Origin: a virus
IMG/VR virus record: IMGVR_UViG_3300045972_000132
Span: 35,408-99,407 of that record
Direction: 5' to 3' (one strand)
DNA: 64,000 bases
The position numbers and the translations under genes were made by a program. The notes beneath the pieces were generated by a model. The model was not told the origin of the DNA, ran no database searches, and saw only the letters and a program-made list of their open reading frames with translations. The first letter of the stretch is position 1. Every line of letters begins with the position of its first letter. Shown piece by piece: positions 8,070-18,643 of the stretch.

Positions 8070-10262
8070 ATGCCCGTCAATACTTTAACTAGCGCCAAGT
8101 TCGGCGGATACGACTTCGATACTCTGACTGACGAGCTTAAGGCACGCCTTCAGGTAAACTTCGCAGCCCAGTTTAACGACTTCGCCCAATCCTCCATGGC
8201 AATGGTTCTTTTGGACCAATTTGCATACGGTTTGAACAATCTAGCCTTCTATCTAGACCAACGCGCCACCGATAACTATCTAGTTACAGCTAGAACAGTT
8301 GGGGCCATTACTAAGCTGGCTAGACAACTCGGGTATAAGATCGCCCCAGCCACCGCATCTACAGTAGACGTTGATATCTATCTAACTAGCCAGTACGCCT
8401 TCGATGTACCACTTGCCAGAGGAAGTCAGCTAAGAAGCACCAACGGTATTATTTTCGAAACCTCCCAAGCTCTTACCTTCCCTTCCGGAACTCTTCCCAA
8501 CGTATCCAAGACAGTTTCCTGCTATCAGGGTCAAACCAATAGCCAAGTATTTACCTCTACTGGAACCCCTAATCAAAAATTCCAATTCAATGCCTTGGCC
8601 TCTAACTCCTTTATCGTTTCAGGATCAGTCATTGTAGATGTCGGAGGTAGTGCTTACACTGAAAGTAAATTCATTACCTTTGACCAAACCAACCAATTTG
8701 AAATCGACTACCAAGCATCACCTCCTACGATCATGTTCGGTGATGGTAATGCAGGTAATATTCCTCCAGTAACCTCAGCCATAACTGTTACCTACATTGT
8801 CTCTCAAGGCTCCTCCGGTCGAGTAACTCAAGGTTCCATCAATAGCCTAGTGACACCTCTAGTAGTCTCCGGTACCTCAATTGGAATGGTAATCAACAAC
8901 CCACTCAGTACAGTTGGTGGGGATGACCCTGAGAGTCTCTCAAGTATCCAAGCAAACGCCCCTAAGGTATTTGCTTCTAGGAATGTTGCGGTAACCCAAT
9001 CAGATTTTGAGGGCCTATCCAGTGCCTTCTCAGACCCAATCTTTGGTCGGGTGAGTGTCGCCAGGGCCGTGTCTACAAAATCCTCCGATACTGATGTTGA
9101 GCTTCAGAGTGCTACCTCTACGATTACAACCCTAGTGAGTGCTCCTGCCACCACGGTGGATGCCTTGGTTGCGGCTGCTGCGGTGAATACCACCGATGCT
9201 TCAGCACAAAATACTACGTTAGTTAGAAATCTAAACATCCTAGACTTAAAAACTACTGCCATTGGTACTGCCGCCACATCTGCTGCTACTGCCGCTGCGG
9301 ATGTCAAAGCCAAGTCTATCCAGTTTGTAAATGATACTTCTTCTGCACAAACAGCCATCAATGCAATTACAAATTCTTCCTCAGGTAGTGCTTACTCCCT
9401 GGTAAATGGATTCATCTCTTCCACTGGAGTATCTACCATAACTGCGGCTGACAAGGCCCTCTTACTGGGTTACTTGAGTACGATTCAATCTACCATAGAC
9501 TCTCTAGCCCCATCGTCTACTGCGATTAATGCTTCCGCTGCATCAATTTCAGCAGCCACCAATACAATCCTCGCCAGACTATCTGAAATCGGTACCACCA
9601 CTACCTCCGGTACAGTCTCAAACCTGATCAGCACTACCAACCAAGCTATCATGCTCGATGTGTCAGCCCTAAGTACCGCCCTAGGTAGCTGCCAAACTAC
9701 TGTCGATGCTGCCTATACTGGAGTTCAAGCTCAACTAGCTAGCATCCTATCTCACTATAATGCTCTGTTCTCCATGGACGCACGTTCAAACATTGTTACC
9801 GTACCGATTCTATCGAAGGACATCGACGGATTCTACGCAGCACCTTCCATGTCTCTAATTCTAGCCCTCCAGAGCTATCTAGACGCCCGTAAGGAAGTTA
9901 CCCAAGGAGTTGTCGTTACTTCTGGATCTTCTTCCCTTGTATACACAGCCATTACTATCCGACTAGGCATTGATAAATCCTTCATTCAATCCGCCGTTGT
10001 CTCTGACGTTACTGCGAAGGTAGACACGGTTCTGAAGAATAGAAAATTCGGTCAGACACTGTACTTGAAGGAAATCTATGACACCATCTACACGGTTGAC
10101 GGAGTTAAGTTCGCCAACGTAAAGATCACCGGTATTTCTGGTTTCAACACCATTGACAATGCCTTGGACTCTGATGGAAACCTAGTTGTTAAGGATACCT
10201 ACATTGTTACCAAGGACAGAACTAATTTCGTAGTAAACCCTGAAACCTACAAAGGACAGTAA
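8070..10262 (+). CDS. Baseplate wedge protein (gpJ/gp6-like) with a large Ala/Ser/Thr-rich insertion
   Basis: DFDTL, LARQLGYK, FET, FGDG.AG.IP, GGDDPESL..I..NAP..F..RN.AVT..DF. Confidence 0.9.
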   Translation: MPVNTLTSAKFGGYDFDTLTDELKARLQVNFAAQFNDFAQSSMAMVLLDQFAYGLNNLAFYLDQRATDNYLVTARTVGAITKLARQLGYKIAPATASTVDVDIYLTSQYAFDVPLARGSQLRSTNGIIFETSQALTFPSGTLPNVSKTVSCYQGQTNSQVFTSTGTPNQKFQFNALASNSFIVSGSVIVDVGGSAYTESKFITFDQTNQFEIDYQASPPTIMFGDGNAGNIPPVTSAITVTYIVSQGSSGRVTQGSINSLVTPLVVSGTSIGMVINNPLSTVGGDDPESLSSIQANAPKVFASRNVAVTQSDFEGLSSAFSDPIFGRVSVARAVSTKSSDTDVELQSATSTITTLVSAPATTVDALVAAAAVNTTDASAQNTTLVRNLNILDLKTTAIGTAATSAATAAADVKAKSIQFVNDTSSAQTAINAITNSSSGSAYSLVNGFISSTGVSTITAADKALLLGYLSTIQSTIDSLAPSSTAINASAASISAATNTILARLSEIGTTTTSGTVSNLISTTNQAIMLDVSALSTALGSCQTTVDAAYTGVQAQLASILSHYNALFSMDARSNIVTVPILSKDIDGFYAAPSMSLILALQSYLDARKEVTQGVVVTSGSSSLVYTAITIRLGIDKSFIQSAVVSDVTAKVDTVLKNRKFGQTLYLKEIYDTIYTVDGVKFANVKITGISGFNTIDNALDSDGNLVVKDTYIVTKDRTNFVVNPETYKGQ

Positions 10263-10448
10263 ATGAGAGCACCTAAGATTAAAATAACCATGGAAGGTAA
10301 AGTGATTCGCACTGGCGAGATAATTGAGTGGACTGCGTGGGGCGAACCCGATTATTGGGGTAGATTTCAGAAAAAGTTCCACCCCTCAGATCTACACGAC
10401 ATAAAAGTTAAAGGTGGCCCTGTGAGAAGGGCCGCAATGGAGGATTAA
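10263..10448 (+). CDS. Hypothetical protein
   Basis: Tightly packed between its neighbours in the operon. Confidence 0.5.
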   Translation: MRAPKIKITMEGKVIRTGEIIEWTAWGEPDYWGRFQKKFHPSDLHDIKVKGGPVRRAAMED

Positions 10449-10810
10449 TGCTTCTACCCACCAACGGTATCTCCATCGCACAAGGAGAAGACCAGACGCT
10501 TGAAATCACGGTAACTGATTCTGCTGGAAATACAGAAGACCTTACAGGAGCCAGGTTAGTCCTAAATGTCAAAGCAGATCCTAGTGATAAGACTCCAGTT
10601 ATTTTAAAGACCACAGACAACGTTCAGCAAGCACAGATCATCAAGGCCCTAGCAGGTTACGTTAGGTTCTACATAACTTCAGCAGATACGAGCAAACTAG
10701 AACCTGCTCGATATTTCTATGATGTCTGGGTCATCCTTTCATCAGGCAAAAGATATCCGGTAATCAAAACTTCCGTATTCCAAGTAACAGGTTCTACTTT
10801 TAGATTTTAG
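10448..10810 (+). CDS. BppU-like Ig-fold adaptor protein
   Basis: I.QGED....I.VTD..G...DLTGA ... IT..DT..L....YFYDVWV; precedes the tailspike genes. Confidence 0.65.
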   Translation: MLLPTNGISIAQGEDQTLEITVTDSAGNTEDLTGARLVLNVKADPSDKTPVILKTTDNVQQAQIIKALAGYVRFYITSADTSKLEPARYFYDVWVILSSGKRYPVIKTSVFQVTGSTFRF

Positions 10811-10818
10811 AGGATCAA

Positions 10819-13785
10819 ATGACTACATCAGCCAAAATGGGATGGCCCATCAGCAATCCTAGGGACAGCAGCTTCTACGACTCCTATATTGGCACCGTTG
10901 CAGCCATTGATGCGTCTGCCGCCGCTTTGAAGGAAGACCGAAATCTTATCATTCAAGGTCTTTCTAATCTTGTTCTAGCACCGGCTAGCAACCCCTCCGT
11001 AAGTTGGTCTAGCAATATCCTGATCTTCTCCCCCAATGGGTTCGTCCTCACGATTCCTCCAGGGTCTGCTAACGTCCTAGATGGGCAGATGCTTGTCGTT
11101 AATGTAGTACGCTCCCCTACGGGAAATGTAACTCTAACTCCCTATGTTTCTAGTGTAATAAACCAGCAGGTTGAATCCGTAGTTCTAGCCAGAAGAAGCG
11201 GAAATACCCTTCTATCTAGAGCGGGATTCCAAATCCCCGCTTCAGGATCCGGTACCACCGTAGCATCCTTCGTATCGGTTCCGTATTCAACCTCGATGAC
11301 AATTGATGCAGCCAACGGAACCTTGTTCCAAATAATTGCTACCAATGCAGTCAATTTTACAATCAACAACCCATCCACTTTCCAGTTCAACGGTCAGAGA
11401 ATTTCAATCCAAATTCTCAACCAAACCAGCCCCTCTGCAAATCTGGGTACCATCACATGGGGTTCTCAATATACTTTCCAGAACGCCTATAACAAGCCGA
11501 ACGCGGCTGGAAAGATAACCACGGTTGACTTTGTGTTGGATCAATCCGCAAGTAAATGGCGGGAAGTCTCTAGAAGCGAAACCGCCGTTACTGTTACGTC
11601 CTCAGGTCATCTTTTTGATGTTACTGCCTTTGGTGCCGATCCTACTGGAATTTCAGACTCACAACCGGGGTTCGCTGCTGCCTTAACGGCAATGGCGGCA
11701 GATACTCAAGCGGTCAACGGAGCCTCATGGGGTCCCGCAGGATATGCTACCTCTCCGATTGGACTTGCCAGCGGCGGTGAAATCTGGGTCCCTAGAGGGG
11801 TATATTTATTCAACAACCCTTTTCATATCGGTGCTTATGTAACTATCCGAGGTGAAAACTCCGTCCTAGTTGCTAAGGACTTCTCCACAGATATTTTTGT
11901 ATTTGATCAGATCTATCGTCAGCAAATATATAATCTACAGTTCCTTGGCGGTAGGTACCAAGTTACTGGCGTTAATGGTACCGATGATATTAGATTCTCA
12001 AACTGTGTTTGGTGTCACCCCGGTACTGCCGGTATCTATAATCAGTCAAATACCACTAATCGATGGCATTTTGAAGATTGTGATTTTCTTGGTCAATTCT
12101 CTGTTGGCTCTGGACAGATGTGGTTGTCATCTGGTGCAGCAACGGATGGTCGAGGTGGCGTCGATACACTGGTTATGCGGCGCTGCATGTGTCTATCGTC
12201 ACAGACTGTACCGTTCGTGTTTGGTCCAGGTGATTATCGTCTTAGCCAATGTTTCTTCGTACAAGGCGGTGTTGGAGCGTCTTGGTTTCAGCTATATGGA
12301 TCAAACCTTGTCATCACTGATAGTAAATTCACTGGTGAGTCCGGATCACCAAACTTGTTTGAACTTCGTCCACTAAACCGACCCGGTGATGGTTTTTATC
12401 CTCTTGATGGTAACAAGGGTAATATTCAACTAGTGGATAGCGTAATTTACTCACGCCAGTATATGTTCTATACTCTGCCTGAGAAGTTTGTGACGCGCGG
12501 TCTGTCTGGTGTGCAGGATGCATTTTATTTTGATTCAGGCATTTCTGAATATCAACTAGCCAATACCAACATTGAGGATTGGGAAATAGACTTCTCTAGC
12601 GGTAGAAACTGGGTGATGGCGTATAATTATAATGCCTCATGGCCGGTGACAAACCAGCGTATTCATTCAGATGTCATGAATAGACTTCTTTACAAAAACG
12701 GTCACAGAACAAACACGAATCAGAAGCCGACATCAGACCAGTTCCTTGGATATGCACGTTTAGGTCAATATCCGGTAGATGGTACTGCAATCTGGACCGG
12801 TGGTAACAATGGTATCTTCAACAACGTAACCCCAGTACGTCCGACTGACGCAGTTACTGGTCGTCAGGTATTTGAATTGACATCTACCGCTAACGGCGGA
12901 AACTTCACATTTGGACCATACGCAGGTTTATGGAATACGCTAGCAGGTCCAGGGCAATATACACTCTCTATTCCGGTCGAGGTGGTGACGCGCAGCACGC
13001 TCACGGTTAGAGTTGTGGCAGGTACAGCTAGCAGAAATAACGAACTTTCTACTGGACGCCATGTAATTAATCTTCCCTTTAGCTGGACTACACAGCCTAA
13101 GGTGTGGCACCCTAACACCATATATACACAGGGTGATATCGTAACAGTTGGTGGCGGCCCCTATGCTCCCGGCGCTTATGGTGTAACTCTGTACTGCATT
13201 TCAACAGGCACAAGCGCCAGTACATATACGCCAACGGGCGCAGGATCGTTCGCCTCGCCATATATCGACGGATCTGCTCAGTGGGTTCGTTTTGACTACA
13301 TGATGTATAATATCGGTGTCCCCGTCATGGCAAACGGTGACAAGGTACGTGTTGGGGATGCCCGTGTTTTCAAGGGTACTTATACTGGCGACGATTGGCG
13401 TGTAGTGACAGTTGGCGCTGCGATTCCGACACGCGGTACTTGGACTGCCGGTGATATTGTGGAGAATGGACAGCCACAGTCTGGATTTCCTATGGGCTGG
13501 GTATGTGCAACCTCCGGAACAATTGCCCCAGCTTGGACTACTAATACTGTTTATTATGCTGGCGACACTGTTCTAGCCAATGGTGCATATTGGATCTGTA
13601 CAAATCCAGACCTATCAGGACACACATCAGCATCGTCCGGTACCGGACCATCAAATTCACCTACCTACATATGGCCTGCGAACGATCTAGCTATCGCCCC
13701 ATTCTTCAATGATAATGGCGTTCAGTGGTGTTATTATAATGCCGGTGCAACTGCAACCTTCCTAGCCTACGGCTTAATCGGATAA
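10819..13785 (+). CDS. Tailspike / receptor-binding protein 1 with a pectate-lyase-like beta-helix
   Basis: FDVTAFGADPTG..DSQ..F..AL, GG.IWVPRGVY; C-terminal AW..NT.Y..GD.V carbohydrate-binding-like repeats. Confidence 0.8.
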   Translation: MTTSAKMGWPISNPRDSSFYDSYIGTVAAIDASAAALKEDRNLIIQGLSNLVLAPASNPSVSWSSNILIFSPNGFVLTIPPGSANVLDGQMLVVNVVRSPTGNVTLTPYVSSVINQQVESVVLARRSGNTLLSRAGFQIPASGSGTTVASFVSVPYSTSMTIDAANGTLFQIIATNAVNFTINNPSTFQFNGQRISIQILNQTSPSANLGTITWGSQYTFQNAYNKPNAAGKITTVDFVLDQSASKWREVSRSETAVTVTSSGHLFDVTAFGADPTGISDSQPGFAAALTAMAADTQAVNGASWGPAGYATSPIGLASGGEIWVPRGVYLFNNPFHIGAYVTIRGENSVLVAKDFSTDIFVFDQIYRQQIYNLQFLGGRYQVTGVNGTDDIRFSNCVWCHPGTAGIYNQSNTTNRWHFEDCDFLGQFSVGSGQMWLSSGAATDGRGGVDTLVMRRCMCLSSQTVPFVFGPGDYRLSQCFFVQGGVGASWFQLYGSNLVITDSKFTGESGSPNLFELRPLNRPGDGFYPLDGNKGNIQLVDSVIYSRQYMFYTLPEKFVTRGLSGVQDAFYFDSGISEYQLANTNIEDWEIDFSSGRNWVMAYNYNASWPVTNQRIHSDVMNRLLYKNGHRTNTNQKPTSDQFLGYARLGQYPVDGTAIWTGGNNGIFNNVTPVRPTDAVTGRQVFELTSTANGGNFTFGPYAGLWNTLAGPGQYTLSIPVEVVTRSTLTVRVVAGTASRNNELSTGRHVINLPFSWTTQPKVWHPNTIYTQGDIVTVGGGPYAPGAYGVTLYCISTGTSASTYTPTGAGSFASPYIDGSAQWVRFDYMMYNIGVPVMANGDKVRVGDARVFKGTYTGDDWRVVTVGAAIPTRGTWTAGDIVENGQPQSGFPMGWVCATSGTIAPAWTTNTVYYAGDTVLANGAYWICTNPDLSGHTSASSGTGPSNSPTYIWPANDLAIAPFFNDNGVQWCYYNAGATATFLAYGLIG

Positions 13786-13789
13786 ACTT

Positions 13790-16360
13790 ATGACACTTAT
13801 TGCACCTAGAACACCGGGACCGTTCAATCCAACCACTGCTGCCGCTGCATTGGCAGCGGGCGTAAAATGGCAATACCCAAGCGGTATGACTTCAAAATGG
13901 GTCAACGTTCTCGACTTCGGAGCCGATCCTACCGGTACTGTTGACTCGTTAGCTGCTTTTACTGCTGCAATAGCTGCCGTGGCTGCTACAGGTTCAGGGG
14001 GAGCACCTCATCAGGCTGGATATGCTACCGGTGAACCTTCTGCACCATTTGGTGTCTACAGCGTTCCGACTCTATATATTCCAGCAGGCTCTTACATCTT
14101 TAGTGGTCCTTTCACAATTTCATCATACATGAGTGTAGTTGGAGATAATTGTTTTCTAATCCCTAAGGATTACAACACCGACTGCATGTTGATTGACCAA
14201 ACTAATCGCAAAAATATTTATGGAATCAAGTTCTTGGTTGGAAAAAATCAGATCAAAGTACTGGCGCATATGGACAACTTCTCCATCCGCCGCTGTTCAT
14301 TTATTCACCCCGGATACTGTGGCTTAAATAACTCTGAGTGGTTTGGTGCCCCAGTTACCACAGATTCGCCTGGAAATCCGCCTGCAACTGCTAAGTTCAA
14401 CGCAACCTTTAACGGAACCAACTTGACCGTAACCTCTATGATTTCGGGGACGATTCAAGTTCCAGGCGTCGGATTGAATGGTATGTCGGTTTACGCAGCG
14501 TGGGATCCTTATGATTACGCAGCTAGTCAGGCAGGAGTAACGAACTTCAACTTCGTTTCCCAGACCTCCGGTACCCCCGGTGGTGCTGGAGTTTATGTAA
14601 TCAACGCATCCCAACCCGTTGTAGGCCCATTCCATATTCAGGCATCTGTTCCGGCTGTAGGTACCCATGAGCTATGGATGGATGAGTGCGAGTTCCTTGG
14701 TCAGTACGGAGATACTTCAGGCAGCATGATGAACTGCTTCGGCAGCGATGTTACCTATTTGAACAATTGTCGAATTCACACATCGAAAGCAATTCCGTTT
14801 ATCTTAAACCACGGGGAATTTCGTATAACAAACAGCTTCTTCGTACAATCTGGTGGCGTTCAATCATGGTTCAAGGTTACGGATGGATTTCTATCTATCA
14901 ACAACTGCAAGATTACAGGCGAAACAGGTGCGGGGGCTATGTTTGAATATCACTCTTCCACAGGGGGTGATGGTGCCTATGCAATGGGGCCGGGGGTGGG
15001 GGGCATTCAGATCGTAGACTCTACAGTAGTATCAGCCCTCTTGAAGTTTTATAATCTTCCCACTTATCCTGTTAAAATCAAAGGCACCACTGGATCCTAT
15101 TACGGATTTTGGTTCGATACAGGTATTAATAATTTGCAACTTCAATCAGCGGATCTTGCTAGCTGGGATATAGATTGGGCTTATTCAAGCGCCATTCCCC
15201 CTCTTGCGGCCCCCGCTGTAGTGGGCAATAATCTAGCCCTAGCAACTTCGGTATTCCATAGGGTTCCACACAAATCCGACAAACATTCCTACCCACTATC
15301 TACGGACTTTCTTGGTTATGTTAGACCGGGTGGCTACCCTCAGGATGCCACAGTTATCACAGCCGCGCAGGGTGGTGGAGGTGGTGCAGCAGGATATACT
15401 TCAGTATATGCGACTGATTCCCGTTCAGGAACTTTTCTAATCAAGAACACTTCTACTACTGACGCATACGTGGCTACCTCCTTCTATGGAACGTCTATTC
15501 CACTTTCCATTGGTAAGGGGCAGTATACGCTGTCTCTACCCATCGAAATAGAAACCGATCACACTCTAATGTTCGGTATGTCCTACGGAGCAGTAAAACA
15601 ATTCTACACAATCTCGAAGGGTCGGCATGTTCTAAATCTTCCATTTACGGTTGATTTCGACGTAATCCCCGGTGTTCCAGGTACGACTGTAGCAGTTGGA
15701 GATATGGTTGGCTTCAATAGCAATGTCACCAACAATAACTTCGTTACTGTAAACATGGTAACTACTGCCGGAACTATTGGCGATTGGGATACTAAATCAT
15801 GGTTTGGTCCCGCACTTACCGGATCGTTTGATTTTCCCTTCCAGTGGACTGACGGCCACACTGCACAGCTTGTAAGCGTCGATGCTCACACTCTAGGGCT
15901 AAATTGCTATCGTATCCCTAGCGGCTGTAAGTTTAATTGGGGAGACTTTAGAATATTCCGAGGATATTACGATAGAGAAGAATGGGAGGTAATATCACAA
16001 GGAACTAGTATACCTGTAAAGGGCGTATGGCATGTCGGAGATAAGGTTGTCAATACTCTACCTACATCGGGGGGGCCAAGTGGTTGGGTATGTACTACCT
16101 CTGGTATCCTAGCCCCTGCGTGGACTCAAAATACTGCCTACTCAGTCGGTGATTTCGTATCCGCAAACAGCGTAATTTGGTCCTGCATCAAAGCTGGAAC
16201 CTCATTAGGATCTGGAACCGGCCCAACCAACTCGACTCAGATTTGGCCTACTGCAAATTATCAACAACATCCATACTTTAATGATAATGGTGTGTATTGG
16301 GTATATATTGCTGCTACAGGTACCCCGGCAGTCTTCTCACCCTATGGGCTAATAGGATAA
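13790..16360 (+). CDS. Tailspike / receptor-binding protein 2 (paralog of RBP1)
   Basis: VNVLDFGADPTG..DS..AF..AI, LYIPAGSY; C-terminus alignable to RBP1 and both end YGLIG. Confidence 0.8.
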   Translation: MTLIAPRTPGPFNPTTAAAALAAGVKWQYPSGMTSKWVNVLDFGADPTGTVDSLAAFTAAIAAVAATGSGGAPHQAGYATGEPSAPFGVYSVPTLYIPAGSYIFSGPFTISSYMSVVGDNCFLIPKDYNTDCMLIDQTNRKNIYGIKFLVGKNQIKVLAHMDNFSIRRCSFIHPGYCGLNNSEWFGAPVTTDSPGNPPATAKFNATFNGTNLTVTSMISGTIQVPGVGLNGMSVYAAWDPYDYAASQAGVTNFNFVSQTSGTPGGAGVYVINASQPVVGPFHIQASVPAVGTHELWMDECEFLGQYGDTSGSMMNCFGSDVTYLNNCRIHTSKAIPFILNHGEFRITNSFFVQSGGVQSWFKVTDGFLSINNCKITGETGAGAMFEYHSSTGGDGAYAMGPGVGGIQIVDSTVVSALLKFYNLPTYPVKIKGTTGSYYGFWFDTGINNLQLQSADLASWDIDWAYSSAIPPLAAPAVVGNNLALATSVFHRVPHKSDKHSYPLSTDFLGYVRPGGYPQDATVITAAQGGGGGAAGYTSVYATDSRSGTFLIKNTSTTDAYVATSFYGTSIPLSIGKGQYTLSLPIEIETDHTLMFGMSYGAVKQFYTISKGRHVLNLPFTVDFDVIPGVPGTTVAVGDMVGFNSNVTNNNFVTVNMVTTAGTIGDWDTKSWFGPALTGSFDFPFQWTDGHTAQLVSVDAHTLGLNCYRIPSGCKFNWGDFRIFRGYYDREEWEVISQGTSIPVKGVWHVGDKVVNTLPTSGGPSGWVCTTSGILAPAWTQNTAYSVGDFVSANSVIWSCIKAGTSLGSGTGPTNSTQIWPTANYQQHPYFNDNGVYWVYIAATGTPAVFSPYGLIG

Positions 16361-16364
16361 TAAA

Positions 16365-18584
16365 ATGACACTAAAGTTCACAACATCCTCTTACGATCCG
16401 ACAGCCGCTGCTGCCGACCTTACGAAGGGAATCCTCTGGGAGCAAGAGTTTCCTATTGCCACAAAGGGTGACATGCGGGTAGGTACTGCCGCAAATAAAA
16501 CAGTGAATCTAACAGTAGGTTCAGATGGTAAAATACTGGTAGCTGATAGTACCCAAACGGGAGGTATGCGTTGGGACACACTAGCGGCATTAGGGATCGC
16601 TACCACCGCAGCCACCGTTGCATTAAATCCCGGTTCTGCTCAGACCGGGGCCACAGTCCAACTTACTGGTGCATCCAACATCAGCACCCTCGACTTAACA
16701 TCTCTCGGAACCGGCGCTGTTCTTCGTCTTCACGGATCTAATACCGCATCTTGGATGATCCTTGGTGACGGTGCCATTGGTACGAATGCTAACACCCCTA
16801 ATTCACCAGCATTCCAAGGTACAGGTAATGGGCTTGGCGCTGGCGGAGTTTTCTATGGTGGAACTAGCGGGTTAGGTGTTCGTGGTCAAGGATATGGCAC
16901 GAACCAGGGTGTACTAGGTGTGGGTGGCGATGGTGCCGGTGTAAGTGGTGTTGGCGTTCACGGGCAAGGTGGAAATACTAGTCACGGTGTTATTGGAATA
17001 GGTGGAGCTACTTCTGGACATGGTGTAGTTGGAACAGCAGGCGGTTCAGGCATCGGAGGAGTATTTACTGGAACAGTTACTAACCCTGGTGTCCAGGCAA
17101 CTGGCGGTTCGTCTGGTGGAGTTGGTCTATATGCCGCAGGCGGCTCGGGTGGATCTGGATCAGCCTACGGTGCGGATATTGTGGGTGGTGCCTTGGGTCA
17201 CGGACTTAGGGCAACCGCAACTGGCAACGGATACTATGGTGGTTTATTCTATGGCGGGCCTGGAACTGGCGGCGGTATCCAAGCTACTGGTGGCGGAACA
17301 GGCTCAGGTGGACAGTTCGTTGGTGGTGCTACAAATGGCGCAGGCGCAACTGGAACCGGTATCGGCGCGGGGTCGGGTCTTGTTGGAATATCAGGCAACA
17401 CAGGCGTTGGACACGGCCTCCAAGGTATTGCTATGGATATTGGGCAAGGCGCAGACCTTTATGGCGGTCTAAATGGTGGATATGGCGCAGCCTCCACTGC
17501 GCGTGGGGGTAATTCAAACGGGTTTGTCGGCACTGGACATGGTGGTGGTGCTGGTGTTTATGGTATTGGCGGGGCCAATGGTCACGGTATTCAAGGTACA
17601 GGTCAGGGCACCGGCATGGGCGGTAACTTCGGTGGCGGCGCAGGTGTTTCAGGTAATGAGCATGGTATCTATGCCGTAGGTGGTTCTAATGCTGGATATG
17701 GCGCGTTTGCTCAGTCAAATACCAACTATAGTGCAGTTTATGGCCTATGCACAGGAGCAAGCACTGGGTCTGGTGTTCAAGGTATTAAGTGGAATGGTGG
17801 CGGTGGCTGGGCTGGATATTTCCAAGCCACAACTGGAGCAGATGGTGGTATTAGATCAGAGACACAGGGCACATCAGGCATTGCTGGGTTTTTCTTTCAG
17901 TCAAATGCTTCTACTGGAACCGGGCAGGCTATTTATGCACAAGCTGACGGTGCAGGCCCAGGAATTGAAGTTTACGGTGGCACAACTGGCGTTGCCTCAT
18001 ACGGCATCTACGCCCACGGTAGATCCAACACCCCCGTAATCCTTGCACTCAATGCAAACGCAGGGGGTAACGCATGTGGTATTCGTGCCATCGGTGGCGG
18101 CGCGGCAGTAGGTGCCCAATTCCAAGGTAACTCCGTTCGTGGGCAGGTTTTGTTTGAGCCGTCCACTACTACACCAACGACACCGCTCGATGGTGAACTC
18201 TGGGTAGAAAATATCGGCGCTGGCGTTATGAGTTTCTGTGCTCACCTTAATAGCCAGAATAAGGTGCTTAGTCATGCATTTTGGACTCTAACATACTCAG
18301 CCAGTATCACGCCTATTGCAGGACCGGATACTCAAAGCATCGTGCCAAATAACGGCACTGCATTTACAATCAATGCTCCTGCTCTTGCATTCTCTGGTGC
18401 AATTTTAAATATTCAAATTAAGAACACCTTTGGTACACTAGGTGCTCTTACGTTTGCAGCAGCTTATAAGACAGGTGCAGCTTGGACGCAACCCGCAAAC
18501 GGATTCTCGCGTACCATTACCTTTATGTACAACGGTACCGACTGGATTGAAATCAGTAGAACAGCCGCTGACGTTTCCAATTAA
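16365..18584 (+). CDS. Glycine-rich tail fibre protein
   Basis: TKGD...G......L.VG.DG.ILVADS motif; long G-x-G-hydrophobic repeats. Confidence 0.7.
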   Translation: MTLKFTTSSYDPTAAAADLTKGILWEQEFPIATKGDMRVGTAANKTVNLTVGSDGKILVADSTQTGGMRWDTLAALGIATTAATVALNPGSAQTGATVQLTGASNISTLDLTSLGTGAVLRLHGSNTASWMILGDGAIGTNANTPNSPAFQGTGNGLGAGGVFYGGTSGLGVRGQGYGTNQGVLGVGGDGAGVSGVGVHGQGGNTSHGVIGIGGATSGHGVVGTAGGSGIGGVFTGTVTNPGVQATGGSSGGVGLYAAGGSGGSGSAYGADIVGGALGHGLRATATGNGYYGGLFYGGPGTGGGIQATGGGTGSGGQFVGGATNGAGATGTGIGAGSGLVGISGNTGVGHGLQGIAMDIGQGADLYGGLNGGYGAASTARGGNSNGFVGTGHGGGAGVYGIGGANGHGIQGTGQGTGMGGNFGGGAGVSGNEHGIYAVGGSNAGYGAFAQSNTNYSAVYGLCTGASTGSGVQGIKWNGGGGWAGYFQATTGADGGIRSETQGTSGIAGFFFQSNASTGTGQAIYAQADGAGPGIEVYGGTTGVASYGIYAHGRSNTPVILALNANAGGNACGIRAIGGGAAVGAQFQGNSVRGQVLFEPSTTTPTTPLDGELWVENIGAGVMSFCAHLNSQNKVLSHAFWTLTYSASITPIAGPDTQSIVPNNGTAFTINAPALAFSGAILNIQIKNTFGTLGALTFAAAYKTGAAWTQPANGFSRTITFMYNGTDWIEISRTAADVSN

Positions 18585-18589
18585 TACTA

Positions 18590-18618
18590 GTGACTTTACT
18601 TCACTTTTGATGTATACT
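18590..18618 (+). promoter_or_regulatory. Promoter with operator palindrome
   Basis: GTGACT-17nt-TATACT; TACTTCA-CTTT-TGATGTA at 18597-18614. Confidence 0.75.
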
Positions 18619-18643
18619 TTTCAAGTCAGGGGTTATTTAAAAA

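Noticed and set aside
1-10262. Bacterial eCIS/tailocin locus rather than a phage
   Set aside because: Surrounding homing endonucleases, dUTPase, ligases, GroES and dense single-strand small ORFs indicate a phage genome
13400-16360. Diversity-generating retroelement acting on the similar tailspike C-termini
   Set aside because: Similarity is protein-level paralogy, not an adenine-specific near-identical repeat, and no reverse transcriptase is in the window
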